Shown here: positions 52,853 to 62,216 of the stretch, piece by piece
Layout of the letters: each line of letters begins with the position of its first letter
Position numbering within the stretch: the first letter of the stretch is position 1
DNA from: Longimicrobiales bacterium
GTDB lineage: Bacteria; Gemmatimonadota; Gemmatimonadetes; Longimicrobiales; Gaopeijiaceae
Direction of reading: 5' to 3'
DNA length: 64,000 bases
Assembly (NCBI GenBank): GCA_965249725.1
Contig: CBDFMQ010000002.1
Span: 2,848,001-2,912,000 of the forward strand
The notes under the pieces: model-generated
What the model saw: only the letters and a program-made list of their open reading frames with translations
The model's database searches: none
Told to the model about the DNA's origin: nothing
Program-made: the position numbers and the translations under genes

Positions 52853-53662
52853 CTACCAGCGCCTGACCGTCCACTCCCGTGCCAATCGCTGGGCCTCCGC
52901 GATCTGATCGGGAGTCATGCGCTCCGCGATCGCATCTCGGTTCCTCGATGCGATCCGACTTCCTTGAGCCGCGGATAGGTCGTACCACATGTACGCGTAG
53001 ACCCGGTCTCGAGGTACGCCCTCACCGTTCTCGTACAGCACACCCAGATTCGACTGAGCCGACCGGTACCCCTGCTCCGCCGAGAGCCGGTACAAACGGG
53101 CCGCCTGGAAGTCGTCCTCAGGCACACCTTCGCCGGCGTCGTACATGGCCCCGAGGTTGTACTGAGCACGGGCGAAGCCTTGCTCCGCCGACAGTTGGTA
53201 CCAGCGGATCGCCTCGGTGTTGTCCTCGGGCAGACCTTCACCGCGATCGTACTTGACCCCGAGGTTGTACTGGCCTTGGGCATGCCCCTGCTCGGCGGCC
53301 AACCGATACCAGCGCACGGCCTCGACATCGTCCTTGGGCACCCCCTCGGCCTTATCGTACATCAGTCCGAGGTTCGTTTGGGCGGGGGCGAAGCCTTGGT
53401 CCGCGGCCTTCCGATACCACCCGACCGCTTGGGCATCGTCCTCCGGCACGCCGTCTCCGTTGTCGTAGCGAATGCCGAGGGTGTTCTGGGCGGGAGCGTT
53501 CCCGACAATGCCGCACGTTAGCAGAATATCCATCGGCCAGTCGGGCGTCGCGTTCACGCACGGCTCCGGAGGGTCTTGGCTCGAGGCGCCCTGAGGAACG
53601 ATGAAGACGAGTCCAAGTATGCCCAAAGACCACAAGCAGAGTGCGCCTGCGCGATTGATCAT
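52853..53662 (-). CDS. Sel1-repeat protein
   Basis: Five AQ.NLG..Y..G.GV..D..A..WY..AA.QG repeats. Confidence 0.95.
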   Translation of the reverse strand: MINRAGALCLWSLGILGLVFIVPQGASSQDPPEPCVNATPDWPMDILLTCGIVGNAPAQNTLGIRYDNGDGVPEDDAQAVGWYRKAADQGFAPAQTNLGLMYDKAEGVPKDDVEAVRWYRLAAEQGHAQGQYNLGVKYDRGEGLPEDNTEAIRWYQLSAEQGFARAQYNLGAMYDAGEGVPEDDFQAARLYRLSAEQGYRSAQSNLGVLYENGEGVPRDRVYAYMWYDLSAAQGSRIASRNRDAIAERMTPDQIAEAQRLAREWTVRRW

Positions 53663-53773
53663 CGGTGTACTACCCTTGAAATCCGGATGCTCCTAATGGT
53701 ACTGCCATAACCGTTTTCGAGCACATTCGGCGGATTCCGCTTCTAGCCGGGTGGTACCTCGGGACGGGGGTCG

Positions 53774-54154
53774 CTAACAGGGCGCATACATAGCCAGGCT
53801 CTCGATCTCCTCCATCACCTGAGACAGCAGGTCGCCGGGCTCCTGCTCGTCCCGGTTCTCCAGCCAGGTCCCGCAACGCTCTCCATCCAGCAGCTCGCCC
53901 TGATACCGGATCCGCCCGTTCGAGAAGTACACCGTCATCTCACCGTTCCAGCGCCCATTCTCCAGAAATCCGCTGAACTGGATGGCATCAGGGTCATCCT
54001 CGAACGGCTTGAAGACACTCCCGCTGAAGGGCTCCATCGTTTCCTGATCGAAGTACACGCTGTCCTGCAGGACGAGCTGTGCGATGTCGCTCGGCGGGCC
54101 GGCGCAGCCGAGGGAAAACGCGACGAGAACGACGAGGAAGTTCCGCAGACTCAC
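53774..54154 (-). CDS. Small lipoprotein with MORN-variant-like repeat
   Basis: SLGC lipobox; PFSG, G..ENG.WNG....Y.SNG. Confidence 0.7.
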   Translation of the reverse strand: MSLRNFLVVLVAFSLGCAGPPSDIAQLVLQDSVYFDQETMEPFSGSVFKPFEDDPDAIQFSGFLENGRWNGEMTVYFSNGRIRYQGELLDGERCGTWLENRDEQEPGDLLSQVMEEIESLAMYAPC

Positions 54155-54248
54155 GGTTTAACCACCCATTCCATGACGTTTCCCACCCCTTCACCACCCC
54201 CTAACTTGGCAGATCACTTCGTCCCATATGCAATAGGAAGATAGAGCC

Positions 54249-57200
54249 ATGTTCGCCAATCGGTTCCTCCTGTTTGTTTCGGTGCCTGTCGCCCTCGGCA
54301 CTCTCCTGGCTTCGCACCCAACCGACCTCTCCGCCCAGCAGCCCACGGCCACCACCGTGGTCCTCGATTCGGCGTTCCTGGCCGGCTACCGATGGCGCAA
54401 CCTCGGTCCCGACCGTGGAGGGCGGTCCATCGCGGTAAGCGGTGTGATCGGCCGGCCCGACGAGGGCTACTTCGGCGCGGTGGGCGGCGGTCTCTGGAAG
54501 ACCATCGACGGTGGCGAGAACTGGGGTTCGGTCACCGACTTCCAGATCACATCGGCGTCCGTAGGCGCGGTGGCGGTGAGCGAGACCAACCCCGACCTCG
54601 TCTTCATCGGCACGGGCGAGACCTGCATACGCGGAAATATCATGCCGGGGGACGGCGTGTACCGAAGCACCGATGCGGGTGATACCTGGGAGCATGTGGG
54701 CTTCAGGGAGTCCCACGGGATTTCGAAGGTCCGCATCCACCCCACCAATCCGGACATCGTGTACGTCGCCTCGTTCGGTAAGTACAGCGCGCCCAGCGAG
54801 GAGCGCGGGGTGTTCAAGAGCACCGACGGGGGAGACAGCTGGGAGCGCGTTCTCTTCCGCAACGACGAGACGGGCGCCATCGACCTCGTGATCGATCGCA
54901 ACGACCCGGACGTCTTGTACGCCTCGCTGTGGGAGGCGTACCGCAAGGAATACCAGATGTCTTCCGGCGGTCCAGGCAGCGGAATGTTCAAGAGCACGGA
55001 CGGCGGGGATACCTGGACGGAGATCACCCGCAACCCGGGCATGCCCCAGGAGGGTCTCGTGGGCCGCATCGGCCTCGCGGTGTCCAGCGCGAACTCGAAC
55101 CGCGTGTACTCGTTGTTCGAGAACGACGACGGCGGCCTGTTCCGGAGCGACGACGCGGGAGAGACGTGGGAGCTCGTGAACGACAACCGGGCCATCCGCC
55201 AGCGCGCCTTCTACTACACGCACGTCTTCGCCGATCACCAGGACGAAGATGTGGTCTACATGCAGAACACGTCGCTCTTCCGCTCCGAGGACGGCGGCGA
55301 GACGTACGAGACCATCAACAACGGGACCCACGGGGACTTCCACGACTTCTGGATCGATCCGGACGACCCGACGCACCTGATCGTCGGCAACGACGGCGGT
55401 GGGGCCGTAAGCACCAACACCGGCGACAAGTGGACCGACCAGGAGTTCTCTACCTCGCAGTTCTACCACGCCGTCACCACGGCCCACGTGCCCTTCCACG
55501 TCTGCGGATCCCAGCAGGACAACAGCACGCTGTGCCTGCCGTCGACCTGGAACGCCGGTCGGTACGGCTTCAGCGCCGCGGGACCCGGGCGAGGCACCCC
55601 GCCGGCCAGCATCACCGAGGGATCGATGAACGTGGCCTACCGCGCGGGCGGCGGTGAGCCGGGCTACATCGCGCCGGACCCGAAGGACCTCAACATCTTC
55701 TTCTCCGGGACGAACAACGGGCGCTACGTCGACAAGTTCAATCGCAGCCTCGGGACGTCTCGTGAAGTAAACCCCTACCCGTGGTTCTACTCGGGAGAGC
55801 CGGCGGCCGATCTGGTCGAGCGCTGGCAGTGGACGTTCCCGATCCTGTTCTCGCCGATCGACCCCAACACGCTGTACACGTCGTCCCAGCGCCTGTGGCG
55901 GACGACGAACGGTGGCAGGACCTGGGACGCCCTTAGCGGCGATCTCACCCGTGCCGACCCGATGACCCTGCAGCACTCCGGCGGACCCATCACGGGAGAC
56001 ATGAACGGACCCGAGGTCTACGCGACCATCTTCGCAGTCGGACCGGGCCGCGTGGATATCGACGTCATCTGGACCGGCTCCGACGACGGCCTGGTCCACG
56101 TCACGGCCGACGGCGGCGCGAACTGGACCAACGTCACCCCGCCGGACATGCCCGACTTCGGCCGCGTGAGCCAGATCGACGCGTCGCCCTTCGGTGCCGG
56201 TGGCGCCTACGTGTCCGTGCGTCGCCCGCTTCTCGACGACTTCTCTCCGTACATCTGGAAGACCAACGATTACGGTCGCACGTGGACCAAGATCGTTTAT
56301 GGCATCCGCGAGGACGCCTACGTCCACGCGGTTCGTGCCGACCCGAACCGTGAGGGACTCCTTTATGCGGGCACGCAGCACGGCGTATACGTCTCGTATG
56401 ACGACGGCGCCCACTGGCAGGAGCTGAACCCCAACCTGCCCGACATCCCGGTCGTGGACGTGATCGCAGAGCAGAACGAGTTGGTGATCGGGACGCACGG
56501 GCGGGGCTTCTGGGTGCTCGATAACGCCGCACCCATCCGGCAGGCCGCGCCGAACATGACGTCCGAGGCGATGACGTTGTTCGAACCGTCCGTCGCCTAT
56601 CGATCCGCCAACGGCGTGACACTGAGTTGGTGGTTCAGCGAGGCGCCAGAGACGGCCTTGCTGGAGATCCTGGACGCGTCAGGTGACGTGATCCGGACCT
56701 TCGAGCCGGAGGTGGAGCGCGCCGACAGCACGGAGGAGCGAGACCGCTGGGCTCCGCCCACGATGCCCACCGAGGCCGGGCTGAACTTCGTACAGTGGAA
56801 CCTGCAGACCACTCCGGCCGTGACGTTCCCCGGCATGATCCTGTGGGGTGTGCGCAACTTGGCTCCTGTGGCGCCTCCGGGGCAGTACACGGTGCGTTTG
56901 AGCGCTGACGGTCGGACTCAGACGGCTCCGCTATCCATTCAGCGCCACCCGTGGATCACCGACGTCACCGACGCAGACCTTCAGTCGCAGTACGTGTTCG
57001 GTCGTCGCGTTCGAGACAAGGTGAACGAGGCCAATGAGGCGGTCATCGCCATCCGGCGGGTGAAGGCGCAGTTGGACGATCGGCTGGAGCAGTCGGACGA
57101 CGGACGACTGGCGGAGGCGGGCGAGACGCTGACCACCAACGCATCGGAGGTGGAAGCGAACATCTACCAGGTTAGAAACCGGAGCGGGCAGGACCCCCTG

Positions 57201-57446
57201 AACTTTCCCATCAAGGTGAACAACCGGCTCGCGAACCTGTTGTCCATGTCCGAGCGGGGGGATGGGCAGCCCATGAACAACATGGAAGAGATCTTCCAGA
57301 TTCTCGTGGACGAACTGCGGGGGTATACGGACCGCCTGGAAGAAGTCTGGGAGACGGATCTCGAAGACGTGAACCGGGAGCTGGAGCGCCTGGGACTGGA
57401 GCCGCTCGATCCGCGGGACGAGGGAACGCAGCTGATCTCGGAGTAG
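54249..57446 (+). CDS. VPS10/BNR-repeat glycosyl hydrolase-like protein
   Basis: WRNLGP.RGGR, repeated KSTDGG.TW / RSDDAGETW BNR motifs, GTHGRGFWVLD. Confidence 0.9.
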   Translation: MFANRFLLFVSVPVALGTLLASHPTDLSAQQPTATTVVLDSAFLAGYRWRNLGPDRGGRSIAVSGVIGRPDEGYFGAVGGGLWKTIDGGENWGSVTDFQITSASVGAVAVSETNPDLVFIGTGETCIRGNIMPGDGVYRSTDAGDTWEHVGFRESHGISKVRIHPTNPDIVYVASFGKYSAPSEERGVFKSTDGGDSWERVLFRNDETGAIDLVIDRNDPDVLYASLWEAYRKEYQMSSGGPGSGMFKSTDGGDTWTEITRNPGMPQEGLVGRIGLAVSSANSNRVYSLFENDDGGLFRSDDAGETWELVNDNRAIRQRAFYYTHVFADHQDEDVVYMQNTSLFRSEDGGETYETINNGTHGDFHDFWIDPDDPTHLIVGNDGGGAVSTNTGDKWTDQEFSTSQFYHAVTTAHVPFHVCGSQQDNSTLCLPSTWNAGRYGFSAAGPGRGTPPASITEGSMNVAYRAGGGEPGYIAPDPKDLNIFFSGTNNGRYVDKFNRSLGTSREVNPYPWFYSGEPAADLVERWQWTFPILFSPIDPNTLYTSSQRLWRTTNGGRTWDALSGDLTRADPMTLQHSGGPITGDMNGPEVYATIFAVGPGRVDIDVIWTGSDDGLVHVTADGGANWTNVTPPDMPDFGRVSQIDASPFGAGGAYVSVRRPLLDDFSPYIWKTNDYGRTWTKIVYGIREDAYVHAVRADPNREGLLYAGTQHGVYVSYDDGAHWQELNPNLPDIPVVDVIAEQNELVIGTHGRGFWVLDNAAPIRQAAPNMTSEAMTLFEPSVAYRSANGVTLSWWFSEAPETALLEILDASGDVIRTFEPEVERADSTEERDRWAPPTMPTEAGLNFVQWNLQTTPAVTFPGMILWGVRNLAPVAPPGQYTVRLSADGRTQTAPLSIQRHPWITDVTDADLQSQYVFGRRVRDKVNEANEAVIAIRRVKAQLDDRLEQSDDGRLAEAGETLTTNASEVEANIYQVRNRSGQDPLNFPIKVNNRLANLLSMSERGDGQPMNNMEEIFQILVDELRGYTDRLEEVWETDLEDVNRELERLGLEPLDPRDEGTQLISE

Positions 57447-57459
57447 TCGACGAGGAGTC

Positions 57460-57495
57460 GCTCCCCTCGAACCCCGGTGGGGTGCGGAGGGGAGC
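57460..57495. terminator. GC-rich hairpin between convergent genes
   Basis: GCTCCCCTC…GAGGGGAGC with inner ACCCC/GGGGT. Confidence 0.55.
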
Positions 57496-57497
57496 CT

Positions 57498-58523
57498 CTA
57501 CCGGGGTGCGACGATCATCGGTTGAACGCTGAACCGGTCGGGATCTTCCGCCGACACCGTGATCAACACCCAATGCATGAAGGGATGACCGAACGTCTCG
57601 ACCCGGGTCAGGTTCGTGGTCATCTCGCCCGTCACGTTGTTCGAGAACGGCTTGTCGACCGTGTATGTGTGCGAATCACCGTGCATCACGAGTACTGGTC
57701 CGTCGAACGCGTCGGCCTCGTCGCGTAGGGTCTCCAGGAACTCGGAATAGGCCGGACGCGCCTCCCCCCGTTTGAAACTGTCCCATCCCGGGTTGGCATG
57801 TATCACCACCACGACGCTCTCTAGTCCCTCCGCTCGAGCCGTCTCGAACGACTGCCGCATCCAGGTGATGTCGGCCGCGTTCCGCTCGACGAATTCGGCC
57901 CTGGGATCGGCCTCCGACCCGAGGTTGTTTCCACCGCCTACCACATGGAGCGTGAGGTAGAGGTCGTCGCGGAAGCGCCAACGGGTGTTCTCTCGGAATC
58001 TCTCGAATCCGGCGCTGTCGCTCTGCCGTTCCAGCGGGAGCTTACGGCCGCCGAGAGATTCGCCTCCCTGGGTAAAGACCTCGCGGAGCGCCTCAAGCTG
58101 CTCCATCGGATCCAGGCCCGCCCTGTCGCACTCGAGCCATTCGTTGTCACCAAACGTGAGAAAGACAGGATGGCGAAGTGCTTCGAACTCGGCGTAACGA
58201 GCGGCATAGACCGAATCCGCACAGACGAGTGAGCTGTTGAGATCACCCACGTGAACGACGAATTCCACGTCGGCCGCATCGATCTCCTGCAGCACCGCCG
58301 CGTACTGCGCGGCCACGAACTCGGGGGGGAGGGGCGCAGTGGGCGACGCGTAGTAGGGCATGTCGCCGACCAAGGCAAACTGGTAGATGCTGGGCGCTTC
58401 GACAGGGGGCCCCTCGGCCGGCACGCATGAAGCGCATGCGAGAACGATGACGATCCCGAGGATAGGCGGCTGGACGCGGCGGGCGCGCTCCGCCGCCGCG
58501 AAGTCAACGTGCCAATCAAACAT
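57498..58523 (-). CDS. Metallophosphoesterase-like protein
   Basis: GDMPY, VHVGD, GDNEW, HGDSH. Confidence 0.8.
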   Translation of the reverse strand: MFDWHVDFAAAERARRVQPPILGIVIVLACASCVPAEGPPVEAPSIYQFALVGDMPYYASPTAPLPPEFVAAQYAAVLQEIDAADVEFVVHVGDLNSSLVCADSVYAARYAEFEALRHPVFLTFGDNEWLECDRAGLDPMEQLEALREVFTQGGESLGGRKLPLERQSDSAGFERFRENTRWRFRDDLYLTLHVVGGGNNLGSEADPRAEFVERNAADITWMRQSFETARAEGLESVVVVIHANPGWDSFKRGEARPAYSEFLETLRDEADAFDGPVLVMHGDSHTYTVDKPFSNNVTGEMTTNLTRVETFGHPFMHWVLITVSAEDPDRFSVQPMIVAPR

Positions 58524-58580
58524 GGAGTCTCCCTATTCGTCGGTCAGCCTCTTCGCGAGAGGGCCCGTCGGTGAATTGAG

Positions 58581-58779
58581 GTCTAACTCCATGCTCATGC
58601 AACGGCGGCGCGCCGTTTCACGGAACGGCCCAGGACGTTCCAAGAGCGGTTTCATGAAACGCCGAACCGGCCGGAGACCGCCTCTCTACCAGCCCTAAGT
58701 CGTTCGAGGACAATGTGTTCAGCTCCAAGAGCTCCGGTGCTCCAATCCGGAACGAGGATTGCATTGAGCGAGTGCATTC
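58581..58779 (-). other. Degenerate attC-like/palindromic element
   Basis: GTTAGAC core (minus strand) at 58581-58587; GCTCATGCAA vs TTGCATTGAGC arms; inner imperfect IR CGTTTCACGGAACGG/CGGTTTCATGAAACG. Confidence 0.35.
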
Positions 58780-58831
58780 GAAGGTTCGGGCATCCGGCTC
58801 GGACCCGTACCGCGTGTTCAGGAGGAGTCCC

Positions 58832-59659
58832 ATGCGCCGGATATGTACTGCTCTGATGTTGCTCGCCACCGCCGCCTGTCTGGACCAGGAAGCCGCCCCA
58901 ACGGCTCCAGAGTTCGACGTCGCACTGTCAGTGTCAGGAAAGGGCGGTTCCGCGACGTACGAGGTTACGGTCACCAACGACACGGGCGGCCAACCCTTCA
59001 CCCCCCCACTGGCTGTGACACACCGAAAGTCACTCGTTGTGTTCGAGGTGGGCGAGGCGGCGAGCCTCGGAGTCCAGGAGATTGCCGAGAATGGGAATCT
59101 CGGCCCGCTCGAAGCGGCCTTGACCGGACACAAGCACGTCTCGGACCTCGTGATCGCACTCGGATCGCCGCCCCCGATACTTCCAGGGACTTCACGCACA
59201 TTTACGATCACGGCAGGCAAGGGGGCCAAGTATCTGTCGTTCGTCTCGATGTTGATCTGCACGAACGACGGCTTTACCGGCCTCGACGCGGTACGACTGC
59301 CCAAAGACGGCGATGACACCTCTGTGTACATGACCATGGCGTATGACGCGGGCACCGAGATCAACACCGAAGACTTCGACGACATGGTTCCGCCCTGCGA
59401 CCCCTTGACCGGTGGCCCGGGCGGTAGCGGCACCGGCACCAGCAACCCTGCGCTCGCAGAGAACGGCGTCATCCACATGCACGGCGGCATTCAGGGCGGG
59501 AATGATCTGAGCCCGTCGATTCACGGATGGACCGGTCCCGTCGCAACCGTGTCGATCACGCGGGTCGATAAGAGCGACAAGAGTGCCAAGAGCGGGAAGA
59601 GCGGGAAGAGCGGGAAGAGCGGGAAGAGCGATAAGAGCAAGAAGAGCAAGAAGGGCTGA
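58832..59659 (+). CDS. Spondin_N-domain lipoprotein with Lys/Ser tail
   Basis: AGGAGG RBS; TAAC lipobox; Y.VT.TN.T..QPFTP, IAENG, SMLICTNDGFTG, YDAGTE.N. Confidence 0.88.
   Translation: MRRICTALMLLATAACLDQEAAPTAPEFDVALSVSGKGGSATYEVTVTNDTGGQPFTPPLAVTHRKSLVVFEVGEAASLGVQEIAENGNLGPLEAALTGHKHVSDLVIALGSPPPILPGTSRTFTITAGKGAKYLSFVSMLICTNDGFTGLDAVRLPKDGDDTSVYMTMAYDAGTEINTEDFDDMVPPCDPLTGGPGGSGTGTSNPALAENGVIHMHGGIQGGNDLSPSIHGWTGPVATVSITRVDKSDKSAKSGKSGKSGKSGKSDKSKKSKKG
59570..59650 (+). repeat. 9x 9-bp tandem repeat encoding KSx
   Basis: AAGAG(C/T)nnn x9, including AAGAGCGGG x4. Confidence 0.95.
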
Positions 59660-59872
59660 CGCTAGCCCGAGCTTCGAACTCGCTCCACACCGGGGCGGTC
59701 GGTCCTGGGGGGGGCCGGCCGTACCCGTTCGCGGAGAGGCAGCGGACGCGTTGCGCCGAAGGGGGTAGCGGGGGGGGGTACTGGCACCAATCCAACGGCC
59801 GGGAAACCGAAGCCAGAGCCGTGTACGAGCGCACCCAGTCGGGGCGCGCCGGTCAGTGGGCGGCGTTCGGGT

Positions 59873-61219
59873 TCATCGCGGCGGAGGCGGAGCTGGGGCG
59901 GATGGGTGCGTGATCCCCTCGAGTCGTTCTACGAAGTCATTAAGTAGAGCTTGGCTCTGCCGGCTGTCGAGGGCAAAGGCATCGTAGTGGAGGGTGAGGC
60001 GAAGCGCCCCGGCGTAGGTGTGGGCGGCGAGCGTGATGTTGGTCTCGGGCCGGATCGGGGGCAGGAAGTCGACGCACTCCAGAGTGGTTGAGCCGAGGCA
60101 TGTTTTTCCATCTTCGTTGCTCAACGGACTCTGGTCGAAGAGGCGTCCCGCGTTGGACAGCACGGCCGTGGCCTGACATTGACGTGCCCGAACCATGGTT
60201 GATAGGCCACCGACGAACCGTCCCAGAGCCACGCTGTGGAGAAAAGCCAAGCCCAGTTTGTTTCGCCTGATCCTCCGCATCTCACGATGAATGCCCTGTA
60301 AGAAACCAGGGCTATCGTCTACATGACTGGCCCGACGATTGAGGAACGCTAGGCTCATATGATTGATCGCGGAGACGGAACCGGCGGGGCGAAAACCGAC
60401 GGCCACGCAAACACGTATCCACGGCGACGTTGCCCTCTCCGGCGGTGGCTGGCGCGCGCCTATGGTTGAATACAGGGTGTGAATAAGGAGGTCGTTGAGG
60501 GAGACTCCTCGGGTGCCGGCGGCAGCCCGTAGGGAGGCGGTCTCCTGGGCGTTGAACTGCCAGTTGAGCGACCGCGGGTAGAGTGGGCCGGGTGACGCCT
60601 CGTCATCGGCAGGGCCGGACGTAGTCAGCGCGTGTGGCGTACGCATCAGGTAGTGGAGCACGCCATTCCAGGCTCGGACTTGTCTCAGGCTCGCCCACCA
60701 AAACTGTGCACGCGTCAAGCCGACGCGATGGCGTTGACGCAGGCGTGAGTTGTCGCGAACGGGTGCTGGTGGGGTGGGCAGTTCCGGCGAGGCAAGGGCG
60801 TAGTGGACGAGTAGGTCTTCTGCGAAGCGTAAGACACCGAGACCGTCAGAGGCCGCATGATGGGCTTGTAGGACAAGATCTGTGTGCTGCCCGTCACCGC
60901 AGGTATAGACGCGTACTCCCGGTTCGCTACACACGTCGAGCGGACGCAGGTTCGGTAGTTCGGGACCCGGCGTTGTCGCGAGTTTTTGTACATGGATCGG
61001 TGCGGGGCTCGGTATCCAGTACCAGTGGCGAGCTCGCTGTTGTGCTATACAGGTGAGGAGAGGATGATCGCGGAGGGCCGTTTGCAGAGCAGCCTCCAGT
61101 ATATCCGGATCGAGTGCACCGGAGAAACGCAATCGCACAAACCCGTTCATGGGATAGACTGGCCCGTGATCGACCAGCATGTACTGCTCGAACGGTACGA
61201 GACGCAGCGGTCGGGTCAT
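59873..61219 (-). CDS. Stand-alone condensation-domain/CoA-dependent acyltransferase-fold protein
   Basis: HPLL, HHAASDG (HHxxxDG), SLNDLL, LSNAG. Confidence 0.75.
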   Translation of the reverse strand: MTRPLRLVPFEQYMLVDHGPVYPMNGFVRLRFSGALDPDILEAALQTALRDHPLLTCIAQQRARHWYWIPSPAPIHVQKLATTPGPELPNLRPLDVCSEPGVRVYTCGDGQHTDLVLQAHHAASDGLGVLRFAEDLLVHYALASPELPTPPAPVRDNSRLRQRHRVGLTRAQFWWASLRQVRAWNGVLHYLMRTPHALTTSGPADDEASPGPLYPRSLNWQFNAQETASLRAAAGTRGVSLNDLLIHTLYSTIGARQPPPERATSPWIRVCVAVGFRPAGSVSAINHMSLAFLNRRASHVDDSPGFLQGIHREMRRIRRNKLGLAFLHSVALGRFVGGLSTMVRARQCQATAVLSNAGRLFDQSPLSNEDGKTCLGSTTLECVDFLPPIRPETNITLAAHTYAGALRLTLHYDAFALDSRQSQALLNDFVERLEGITHPSAPAPPPPR

Positions 61220-61246
61220 GGCTTCAATCTTCCGACCACGGTCGAT

Positions 61247-61330
61247 CTAGTTGCTGCTTGCTGGCGCGAACGCCGCGACGAGACCGCGGAAGACGGCGAT
61301 CGCGTAGGAGTAGCGTGGCGGCCGGCTCAT
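61247..61330 (-). CDS. Short ORF (27 aa), possible truncated 5' gene fragment
   Basis: GCAGGAG RBS; MSRPPRYSYAIAVFRGLVAAFAPASSN*. Confidence 0.3.
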   Translation of the reverse strand: MSRPPRYSYAIAVFRGLVAAFAPASSN

Positions 61331-61358
61331 TGGGATCTCCTGCGGGATGATGATCGTC

Positions 61359-61434
61359 GCCTAACGGCTCGAGGCTCTGCTCAACGGCCAATGTGGTGAC
61401 CGCGAGCGAAGCGCGCGAATGACCTATATTGCTC
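61359..61434 (-). other. attC-like half-site
   Basis: Minus strand: hairpin around CGCGCGC-TTC-GCTCGCG, then AGCAGAGCCTCGAGCC-GTTAGGC (GTTRRRY), then RBS plus ATG; no matching R'' core. Confidence 0.45.
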
Positions 61435-61471
61435 GACCGGAAACGTCGGACCCTAGCAACCCACCTGTTCA

Positions 61472-62149
61472 ATGAAACGCCTGACACTGCTCGATACTGC
61501 CCAGGTTCCCGGGGACGGAGGAGAGATCGGCCTCTACCAGCTCGGCGACGACTACATCATCAAGGTCGCGGGCGGCCAGGACCTGATGAGCACTCGTACA
61601 CACGGGTCCGCCGACGCGCTGGCCGAGATCGCGTGCACCGAGATTGTGGATCGAGCCAACGCACGTGCCCTGATCGGCGGTCTGGGGATGGGGTTCACCT
61701 TGGCGACGGCGCTGCGCCACCTCGGCCCCGATGCCTACGTGGTCGTCGCCGAACTGGTGCCGGCGGTGGTCGAGTGGAATCGCGGCCCGCCGGGAGAGCA
61801 CTCCGGGCACCCTCTCCGGGATGAACGCGTCACCGTCCGCGAGGCAGACGTCGGTGTCGTGCTGAGGGAGGCGCCCGCGGCTTGGGATGCCATCATGTTG
61901 GATGTGGATAATGGCCCGGAGGGTTTGACCAAGAACGACAATGATTGGCTCTACTCCGGGGCCGGGCTTCATGCCACCTACCAGGCCCTTCGACCCGAGG
62001 GCGTGCTCACCGTGTGGTCGGCCCACTCGGACAAGGGCTTCACGAAGCGGCTACGGAAGGTCGGATTCGAAGCGGAGGAGGTCGTCGTGCGCGCACACGG
62101 CGGAAAGGGCTCGCGGCATGTCATCTGGAAGGCGCGAAGAGGAAGGTAG
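61472..62149 (+). CDS. Spermidine synthase-like SAM-dependent methyltransferase
   Basis: [34 protein letters not shown]. Confidence 0.85.
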   Translation: MKRLTLLDTAQVPGDGGEIGLYQLGDDYIIKVAGGQDLMSTRTHGSADALAEIACTEIVDRANARALIGGLGMGFTLATALRHLGPDAYVVVAELVPAVVEWNRGPPGEHSGHPLRDERVTVREADVGVVLREAPAAWDAIMLDVDNGPEGLTKNDNDWLYSGAGLHATYQALRPEGVLTVWSAHSDKGFTKRLRKVGFEAEEVVVRAHGGKGSRHVIWKARRGR

Positions 62150-62216
62150 CTGGAGGCGCCCACCTGCCGGCCCAACCGTCACTCTCCCCGCCCACCGCAT
62201 TCGAGTACCTTGGGGC

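Noticed and set aside
54201..56498. Long antisense/alternate-frame ORFs (e.g. 54201..56498 -, 16275..17888 -, 28688..30088 +, 45158..46534 -)
   Set aside because: Shadow ORFs expected in high-GC DNA; they overlap genes with clear family motifs and have none themselves.
58612..58662. parS sites
   Set aside because: GTTTCATGAAAC and GTTTCACGGAAC are shorter than the 16-bp parS consensus (GTTTCACGTGAAAC core), and no parAB is nearby.
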